Source: Microcystis aeruginosa NIES-2549
GTDB lineage: Bacteria; Cyanobacteriota; Cyanobacteriia; Cyanobacteriales; Microcystaceae
Length of the DNA stretch: 32,000 nucleotides
Reading direction: 5' to 3'
Assembly (NCBI RefSeq): GCF_000981785.2
Contig: NZ_CP011304.1
Span: 1,500,001 to 1,532,000, forward strand
Shown here: positions 26,391 to 32,000 of the stretch, piece after piece
Numbering within the stretch: position 1 is the first letter of the stretch
Layout: each line of letters starts with the position of its first letter
Translations under genes and position numbers: made by a program
The notes under the pieces: model-generated
Seen by the model: the letters and a program-made list of their open reading frames with translations, nothing else
What the model was told of the DNA's origin: nothing
The model's database searches: none

Positions 26391-26597
26391 GGCTCTTCGG
26401 GACTTGGTATGGTTCGATAGGGGGGCATAAATCGACTCAATCCTTATCTGGCAAGAGATTTAATTGATTAGTTCGCTCCAGATCGCCAACAATTGACAAA
26501 AATTGCGGCAATGTCTGTCTCTATAAAGGTTTCATTCCTTATAACCTCGTCCATTGCATAAGACAAACCGAAGAACCAAAAATACTCCGAAATCCTC

Positions 26598-26864
26598 GTG
26601 AACTTTATTTTAAGTCACCATGCCGAAGAAAAAATTATTCAACGCCAAATCTCTTTAAAAATATTGCAGGACATCCTCAATAATCCTGAGCAAATTTTAG
26701 AAGAAGATGGACTCAAAGTTTATCAAGGTACTTTTGTCGCCATTAACAATAAAACTTATCTTCTGAGAATTTACATTAATGACTTAGTTGAGCCTCAAAA
26801 AATTGTTACACTATATGTTACCAGTAAACTTAGAAAATATAGGCAGCTATCAAATGAAAGCTAA
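26598..26864 (+). CDS. DUF4258-family protein (toxin-like)
   Basis: 88 aa with a GTG start. SHHAEEKIIQRQISLKILQDIL matches the DUF4258 N-terminal pattern (recall). 11-nt overlap with the next gene. Confidence 0.7.
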   Translation: MNFILSHHAEEKIIQRQISLKILQDILNNPEQILEEDGLKVYQGTFVAINNKTYLLRIYINDLVEPQKIVTLYVTSKLRKYRQLSNES

Positions 26865-27057
26865 ATATGATGCTGAAGTTGACGTTTTAACAATTACCTG
26901 GCATGACACACCCGTAGAAGAAAGTGAGGCAATCAGTCCGGGGGTTATTCTTGACTATGATCAAGCAGGTAATGTAATCGGGATTGAAATTCTTAATGCT
27001 TCTCGAAAAATCGAGAATTTTTCTCCGAATGTGCAGGTAGCTATTTCTTCTCGATAA
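26854..27057 (+). CDS. DUF2283-family protein (antitoxin-like partner)
   Basis: ATG at 26854: MKAKYDAEVDVLTITW...GVILDYDQAGNVIGIEILNAS, the typical DUF2283 pattern. The track start at 26788 is an extension. Confidence 0.75.
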   Translation: MKAKYDAEVDVLTITWHDTPVEESEAISPGVILDYDQAGNVIGIEILNASRKIENFSPNVQVAISSR

Positions 27058-27094
27058 AGGTGATCGCTGATCCTGTAGTGCGATCGCTGATCTT

Positions 27095-27126
27095 GTAAGT
27101 TGGGTTGAGGTAACGAAACCCAACAT
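27095..27126. repeat. REP hairpin
   Basis: GTAAGTTGGGTTGAGGTAACGAAACCCAACAT, preceded by the same GCGATCGCTGATCTTGTA leader seen before the REP at 24583. Confidence 0.85.
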
Positions 27127-27171
27127 TACCTTTATTTCTTACCTTAATTTTTGGGGTTTCACTTCTACATT

Positions 27172-27337
27172 TTATTCCATACCAATATCACTATCAAAGA
27201 TCAGCTTTTCTGAAGCTCCCCACATCTGATCATAAATTCCTTCTTCAACCTAACGGTGAAAACTGGAATATTGCCAATCTTTCGGAGCGTTTACTAATCC
27301 ATGATGCACGGTATTCGAGATGATTAACAAAATCTCA
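27172..27337 (-). pseudogene. 3' fragment of a second RAYT gene
   Basis: Aligns with 24762-24940 (C-terminal ~55 codons) with a 14-nt deletion. Cut off at 27337 by module copy D. Confidence 0.8.
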
Positions 27338-27347
27338 ATAAAAAACC

Positions 27348-27478
27348 CTTGACAAATCCTCGCACTTGACATACACTTATATATAGAATGGGAATCCGTG
27401 CCTGCCTGCGAACCCTCTTTTTTTAGGTTAGATAAGCGTCAAAAAAATAAAAACCTAATACCTGACCAGCACTAAAGA
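27348..27478 (+). repeat. Copy D of the six-copy module, directly upstream of the intact DUF29 gene
   Basis: CTTGACA at 27348 and 27365, TACACT at 27372-27377, TAGAAT at 27384-27389, GGGAATCCGTGCCTGCCTGCGAACCC from 27390, T-run, and the AGGTTAGATAAGCGTCAAAAAAATAAAAACCTAATACC tail. The AGAGGA Shine-Dalgarno and ATG follow. Confidence 0.9.
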
Positions 27479-27487
27479 GGATAGGTT

Positions 27488-27928
27488 ATGACAACTAAAG
27501 ACCTATACGAACAAGACTATCTTGCTTGGTTAGAAGAAACGGCCAAACAACTGCGACAAAGACAGACAGATGTATTAGATTGGGAACATCTCGGAGAAGA
27601 AATCGAAGCGCTGGGGAATGAACAGAGACATAAAGTAGATAGTTATCTCCTACAATTGCTCATTCATCTGCTTCTCTACCAATACTGGCCGGAGGAACGA
27701 GAAAGATGTGCGCGGGGATGGCAGGACGAAATCGGTAACTTTCGGGTGGAATTAGAACTTTTATTGGAGTCAAAAACCCTCTATAACTATTTTTTAACCA
27801 GAATCGCCGTTATTTACCCTAAAGCAGTGAAGCGAGTCCGACAAAAAAGCCAATTACCGGCCGATATCTTTGCTGAAAGCTGCCCCTATAGTCCCGAACA
27901 AATCCTCGATTCCGATTTTCTCCCCTAA
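27488..27928 (+). CDS. DUF29-family protein (intact)
   Basis: 146 aa. LYEQDYLAWLEETAKQLR...WEHLGEEIEALGNEQRHKVDSYL...CPYSPEQILDSDFLP is the canonical DUF29 pattern. Confidence 0.85.
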   Translation: MTTKDLYEQDYLAWLEETAKQLRQRQTDVLDWEHLGEEIEALGNEQRHKVDSYLLQLLIHLLLYQYWPEERERCARGWQDEIGNFRVELELLLESKTLYNYFLTRIAVIYPKAVKRVRQKSQLPADIFAESCPYSPEQILDSDFLP

Positions 27929-27956
27929 AATTCCGGCAGATTTTTTCAAAAAAATC

Positions 27957-28070
27957 CTTGACAAATCCCCGCACTTGACAGATACTTATATATAGAATGG
28001 GAATCCGTGCCTGCCTGCAAACCCTCTTTTTTCAGGTTAGATAAGCGTCAAAAAAATAAAAACCTGATAA
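27957..28070 (+). repeat. Copy E of the six-copy module, directly downstream of DUF29 and facing the 3' end of the hydrolase gene
   Basis: CTTGACA at 27957 and 27974, GATACT at 27981-27986, TAGAAT at 27993-27998, the invariant block, a T-run, and the tail CAGGTTAGATAAGCGTCAAAAAAATAAAAACCTGATAACC. Confidence 0.9.
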
Positions 28071-28085
28071 CCGGTCCCTAACTAC

Positions 28086-28952
28086 CTATAAGCTTTTCAC
28101 CCAATCACTAATCAACCGGTTAACCTCTGTGGGAATTTCATCGTGGGGACAATGACCGGCAGTTAGATAATATTCTGTCAGAGAAGGATAGTATTGACGG
28201 AATTTGGCCCCGCGTTCCCTAGTATTCATCCAAGGGTCCCCCTCACCCCATAACATCAACAGGGGACAACTTAACTTTTGCAGGAGAATATCCACATTTT
28301 CCCCCCGGGGAGATTTAAACACAGAAGCAAAAACTTTGGCTGCTCCCGCATCCAGGGAAGGACGACGGATATCTTCTATTAACTGCTCAGTAATGGCACT
28401 GCGATCGAGATATACTTTCTCTAGGGTTTTGCGGATAGTTTTGGGTTGACGGGTATAGAGAAATAAGAGATAACTAGCCCAGGGTTGCAGCAAGATCGAT
28501 CGCAGTAATTTTTGTGCTAAATTAGGCTGACGATTGCTTTCTGTATCGCTAAAGGGACCGGCGCTATTGAGGAGAATTAATCCCCGAACATTCTCGCAAT
28601 GATTAGCAGCTACACAGAGAGAAGCGTAACCCCCCAAAGAATTACCCGCTAAAACCGTCGGTTGGCCCACAACTTCCTTGATAAAATCGTTTAATTGTTG
28701 CTGCCAAAGATTGCCACTATAGACAAGATCCGGTTTAGCTGATCTACCGAATCCTAACAGATCGATCGCCCATACTTCCCATTCTGAGGCTAAACCTTGC
28801 ACATTTTTTCGCCAATGGTCGGTGGAAGCGCCAAAACCGTGGACTAATAGTAAAGGGGGTTTTCCCGCAACTCTAGTACCCGCTTGCACATAGTGTATAG
28901 AATTTCCTTGCCATTGCCAATTTTGCTTTATCGTCAGAGCAGCTGTATTCAT
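28086..28952 (-). CDS. Alpha/beta-fold hydrolase
   Basis: 288 aa with the HGFGAS oxyanion motif, GNSLGG nucleophile elbow and a C-terminal GHCPHDE catalytic His region. Confidence 0.85.
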   Translation of the reverse strand: MNTAALTIKQNWQWQGNSIHYVQAGTRVAGKPPLLLVHGFGASTDHWRKNVQGLASEWEVWAIDLLGFGRSAKPDLVYSGNLWQQQLNDFIKEVVGQPTVLAGNSLGGYASLCVAANHCENVRGLILLNSAGPFSDTESNRQPNLAQKLLRSILLQPWASYLLFLYTRQPKTIRKTLEKVYLDRSAITEQLIEDIRRPSLDAGAAKVFASVFKSPRGENVDILLQKLSCPLLMLWGEGDPWMNTRERGAKFRQYYPSLTEYYLTAGHCPHDEIPTEVNRLISDWVKSL

Positions 28953-29038
28953 CGGCCGTTTTGTTAAGTAATGTGAATAATTCTTAGTCTAACCGATTGA
29001 GAAACTGGAGACAAAGCTAGAGATTTTTAGCCAAACCC

Positions 29039-29150
29039 CTTGACTGAAAACGGAACTTGACATATACTTATATATATAATGGGAATCCGTGCCTGCCTGC
29101 AAACCCTTCATTTTTGGGCAAATAACCCTAAAAAACACTCTCAAAAAAAT
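29039..29150 (+). repeat. Copy F of the six-copy module, upstream of the glycerate-kinase-like gene
   Basis: CTTGACT at 29039, CTTGACA at 29056, TATACT at 29063-29068, TATAAT at 29075-29080, and GGGAATCCGTGCCTGCCTGCAAACCC from 29081. The tail is divergent, with the TTTTTGGG-caaataa-CCCTAAAAA hairpin. Confidence 0.85.
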
Positions 29151-29246
29151 CTTGAGCGGGATTAATCTGCTGGTATGGGTGGCTAACCCCAGAGAATTAC
29201 TCCTGAATCATCGGGACAGTTTTTTGCTAATTCTGATATAACAGCT

Positions 29247-30227
29247 ATGAAGATTTTGACGATTTTACAGGGATTAATCGACAAAAATCCCTTAAGTCAG
29301 GCGGCTCTAGAAGATTTACTAGCGCTCGAATCCTTAAATTTTAGGGAGACTAACCCTCTCATCCTACAGGAAAGGGCGGAACTATTAACGATTCTCTGGC
29401 CGCGAGTCTGGCAAAAATGTCAGGAGTTAGGGATAAATCAGCCAAATCAGATTTTGATCAGCTGTTGGCGCTTGTGGATTCCTTGGGCGCTAGAGCTACG
29501 CAGCCACGCAAAACCGTTGATTCAAGGCATTTTGGCTCCCCAAGGCACGGGAAAGACCACCTTAACATCCATAATGTCGATTATTTTAGCCTATTTTGAT
29601 TTAAAAGTAAATAATCTCTCTTTAGATGATATTTATAAGACCTATAATGAGCGAATAAAATTGCGTCAAAAGGATAAAAGATTGCGCTGGCGTGGTCCAC
29701 CGGGTACTCATGATATAGCATTAGGAATTAAAGTTTTAGAACAGGTTTGTCAGCAAGAAAGTCCGATTTTAATCCCGCGGTTTGACAAGTCACTGCATCG
29801 AGGACAAGGAGATAGAATTGCACCGGAACAAGTGGAGCGAGTCGATATTCTTTTTTTCGAGGGTTGGTTTGTGGGCATGAATCCAGTAGAAGAAACAGTC
29901 TTTGATCATGCCCCCGATCCGATTAATAGCGAAGAAGACCGACAATTCGCCAGGGATAATAATCGAAGATTGCGAGAATATCTACCCCTCTGGTCAAAAA
30001 TCGATCGCTTACTGATTCTTTATCCCCTTGACTACCGTTACAGTTTACAATGGCGACAGGCGGCCGAAACAAAAGGAGGTATGACCCCATCAGAAATCGA
30101 GGAATTTGTCAAGTATTTTTGGAAAAGTTTACATCCGCAATTATTTCTGCCACCCCTGCTCAAACAAGCAGATCTAGTGGTAGAAATTAATCGGGATCAT
30201 AGTCTAGGAAAAATCAGTTATCAGTGA
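29247..30227 (+). CDS. P-loop kinase of the plant-type D-glycerate 3-kinase (GLYK) family
   Basis: 326 aa. Walker A APQGTGKTT, LSLDDIYKT and RGPPGTHD motifs occur in the order typical of GLYK/TDA10-like kinases (recall). Confidence 0.7.
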   Translation: MKILTILQGLIDKNPLSQAALEDLLALESLNFRETNPLILQERAELLTILWPRVWQKCQELGINQPNQILISCWRLWIPWALELRSHAKPLIQGILAPQGTGKTTLTSIMSIILAYFDLKVNNLSLDDIYKTYNERIKLRQKDKRLRWRGPPGTHDIALGIKVLEQVCQQESPILIPRFDKSLHRGQGDRIAPEQVERVDILFFEGWFVGMNPVEETVFDHAPDPINSEEDRQFARDNNRRLREYLPLWSKIDRLLILYPLDYRYSLQWRQAAETKGGMTPSEIEEFVKYFWKSLHPQLFLPPLLKQADLVVEINRDHSLGKISYQ

Positions 30228-30329
30228 GCAGTAGGCAAGAGGCAAGAGGCAAAAGAAAGCCCCAAACTTGTTACTTAACACTATTGACTGAAAACTCCCA
30301 TCTGATAACTGATAACTGATAACTGATAA
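30215..30329. repeat. Inverted heptamer arrays bracketing the kinase/ABC intergenic region
   Basis: CAGTTATCAGTGAGCAGTAGGCAAGAGGCAAGAGGCAAAAG (30215-30255, overlapping the last codons and stop of the kinase gene) and CTGATAACTGATAACTGATAACTGATAA (30302-30329). Confidence 0.9.
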
Positions 30330-30334
30330 AGCTT

Positions 30335-31276
30335 ATGATTGAAGTCGAACATCTGAGTAAAATTTATGGTTCTACCGCGGCAATCAGTGACGTGGATTTT
30401 ACCGTAGAAAAAGGAGAAATTCTCGGTTTTTTGGGACCAAATGGAGCGGGAAAAACCACGACTATGAGGATTTTATCTGGTTATATTCCTGCCACAACGG
30501 GAACAGCAAGGATAGCAGGATACGATGTGCATCAACAATCCTTAGAAGTGCGTCGTCGCATTGGTTATCTTCCCGAAAATCCCCCCTTGTATCCAGAGAT
30601 GACCGTGGAAGGTTTTCTTGATTTTGTGGCGCGGATTAAAGGCATCTCATCGGGGGATAGAAAAGCGCGGGTAGATTTAGTTTTAAGCAAGTGTCAGTTA
30701 CTAGAAAAAAGAAAAGTTATTATCCGCAAGTTATCCAAAGGTTATAAACAGCGTGTGGGAATTGCCCAAGCGATCATACACGATCCACCAGTAATTATTT
30801 TAGATGAACCGACAGTAGGATTGGATCCGAAACAGATTATCGAGGTGAGAAATCTGATTAAAAGTTTAGCGGGAGAACATACAATTATTCTCTCCACTCA
30901 TATTTTGCCAGAAGTGAGTATTACCTGCGATCGAGCGACAATTATTAATCGGGGTCGCATCGTGGCCAATAATATTACTACCGCCCCCCCTGCCAGTTCC
31001 AGTTATGAAATTGAGATCGAGGGTGATAGGGATTCCCTGCTAGAAATCCTGCAACAACTGCCGCAAGTCGAACAAGCAGCAAAAGTCGGCGATAACCTGC
31101 TCAAAATTGTTGGTCAAGTGGGAACAAACTTAGGGGCAGAAATTGCTAGAATAGTTGTCAACAATGGTTATAACTTATTAGAAATGCGTCGCACCCGCAA
31201 AACCCTAGAAGATATCTTTCTGGAAGTAATCGGCAGCGGGGAAAGTAACCAGCAAGAGGAGAGGCATGATCAATAA
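30335..31276 (+). CDS. ABC transporter ATP-binding protein (ABC-2 / GldA-like subfamily)
   Basis: Walker A GPNGAGKTT, signature LSKGYKQRV, Walker B IILDEPT. 313 aa. Overlaps the downstream permease by 11 nt. Confidence 0.88.
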   Translation: MIEVEHLSKIYGSTAAISDVDFTVEKGEILGFLGPNGAGKTTTMRILSGYIPATTGTARIAGYDVHQQSLEVRRRIGYLPENPPLYPEMTVEGFLDFVARIKGISSGDRKARVDLVLSKCQLLEKRKVIIRKLSKGYKQRVGIAQAIIHDPPVIILDEPTVGLDPKQIIEVRNLIKSLAGEHTIILSTHILPEVSITCDRATIINRGRIVANNITTAPPASSSYEIEIEGDRDSLLEILQQLPQVEQAAKVGDNLLKIVGQVGTNLGAEIARIVVNNGYNLLEMRRTRKTLEDIFLEVIGSGESNQQEERHDQ

Positions 31277-32000
31277 TATCTGGGCGATTTTTCGCAAGGA
31301 ATTTCAAAGCTATTTTACCGCCGCCAATGCCTATATCATTATGGGGATATTTTGGTTAGTAGCAGGATTTTTCTTTAACTCCCTTCTCTACGGCATTATT
31401 CTCGATATTAGTATCCAGGAACAATCGGGATTTCTGGTAGCCAGAGATACGGTATCTGAATTTATGACCACTTTCATCGGCATTATTTTATCCTCTTTAT
31501 TGTTGGTAATTTTGCCAGCCCTGTCTATGGGATTATACGCAGAGGAAAAAAAACAGGGAACCCTAGAACTTTTAGCCACTTCCCCCCTGACCAATTGGAG
31601 TATAGCCATCGGTAAATTATTGGGAGTGCTGGCCTTTTTTACCGTGATGATTACCCCCCTCTGGATTTACGAAATAGTAGTTTTTAGTAGCGCAGTTCCC
31701 CCGGTAAATATAGCCAGTATTTTAATGGCTCATCTAGGATTAATTTTACTGGCAGCGGCCATCCTAGCCATCGGGATGTTTATTTCTTCCCTCACCAATA
31801 GTTCTATCCTGGCTTACATCATCACCTTTATCACCATCTTATTTATCTGGATACTGGATGTAATTGCTAACAATGCCGAAACCTTCTTTCGAGATCGCAT
31901 CGGAGGAGAAGTGGGAGAACAGATCGGATTTTTCCTAAAAGAATTGCTCTCCCATCTATCTTGGTATCAACCCTTTAACAATTTCGTGCGGGGAATTTTT
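31266..32000 (+). CDS. ABC-2-type permease (GldF-like), 3'-truncated by the window edge
   Basis: Not in the ORF track because there is no stop in the window. My translation from ATG 31266 is MINNIWAIFRKEFQSYFTAANAYIIMGIFWLVAGFFF...EEKKQGTLELLATSPL..., open for all 245 codons to 32000, with multiple hydrophobic helices. Confidence 0.8.
   Translation, partial: MINNIWAIFRKEFQSYFTAANAYIIMGIFWLVAGFFFNSLLYGIILDISIQEQSGFLVARDTVSEFMTTFIGIILSSLLLVILPALSMGLYAEEKKQGTLELLATSPLTNWSIAIGKLLGVLAFFTVMITPLWIYEIVVFSSAVPPVNIASILMAHLGLILLAAAILAIGMFISSLTNSSILAYIITFITILFIWILDVIANNAETFFRDRIGGEVGEQIGFFLKELLSHLSWYQPFNNFVRGIF

Noticed and set aside
27388-27426. Mini-ORF inside the six-copy module: ATGGGAATCCGTGCCTGCCTGCGAACCCTCTTTTTTTAG = MGIRACLRTLFF (12 aa); 12-28 aa in other copies
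   Set aside because: There is no Shine-Dalgarno sequence. Conservation is at every codon position (nucleotide-level, with no synonymous drift) and the only variable site is non-synonymous (R/Q). The C-termini differ wildly between copies and the frame is broken in copy B. A leaderless micropeptide cannot be excluded without ribosome profiling, but the sequence gives no positive coding evidence.

Overview
This is a cyanobacterial chromosomal segment. HIP1 palindromes (GCGATCGC) are scattered throughout, heptamer tandem repeats fill many intergenic regions, and the DNA is AT-rich. The repeat families and gene content look Microcystis-like, but that is inference only because no database search was possible. 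Housekeeping genes: chlD, a polytopic membrane protein, a PmbA/TldD-family protein, a type IV pilin cluster (two near-identical pilA copies plus a diverged pilin and a downstream membrane-anchored protein), a CSP41-like SDR, dapL, a metallophosphoesterase, a TPR protein translationally coupled to a GT4 glycosyltransferase, tRNA-Ser(GGA), mfd, znuA-znuC with candidate Zur boxes, an alpha/beta hydrolase, a plant-type glycerate-kinase-like P-loop kinase, and an ABC-2 ATPase/permease pair running off the 3' edge. About 23.65-28.08 kb is an accessory mosaic. It holds three different two-gene toxin-antitoxin-like modules (DUF4160/DUF2442, PIN/DUF104-like, DUF4258/DUF2283), a REP-associated tyrosine transposase (RAYT) with an in-frame stop, GTAG-type REP hairpins, a second RAYT fragment, and DUF29 genes in three states across the window (intact, 5' remnant, and a frameshifted copy at 9.5 kb). 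The signal I cannot assign to any known family is a ~115-bp intergenic module present six times. It has two TTGACA boxes, a TATA-rich -10 region, an invariant 26-nt block and a T-run. It brackets the intact DUF29 gene and the accessory mosaic, and also sits upstream of mfd and the kinase gene. Other points of note: a ~0.9-kb pilA duplication joined by a MITE-like element carrying 6.5 perfect 29-bp G6-rich repeats, SigF-type promoter motifs upstream of both pilA copies, and several MITE/REPIN-like repeat families. All family assignments rest on motif recognition by eye. None was checked by a search.
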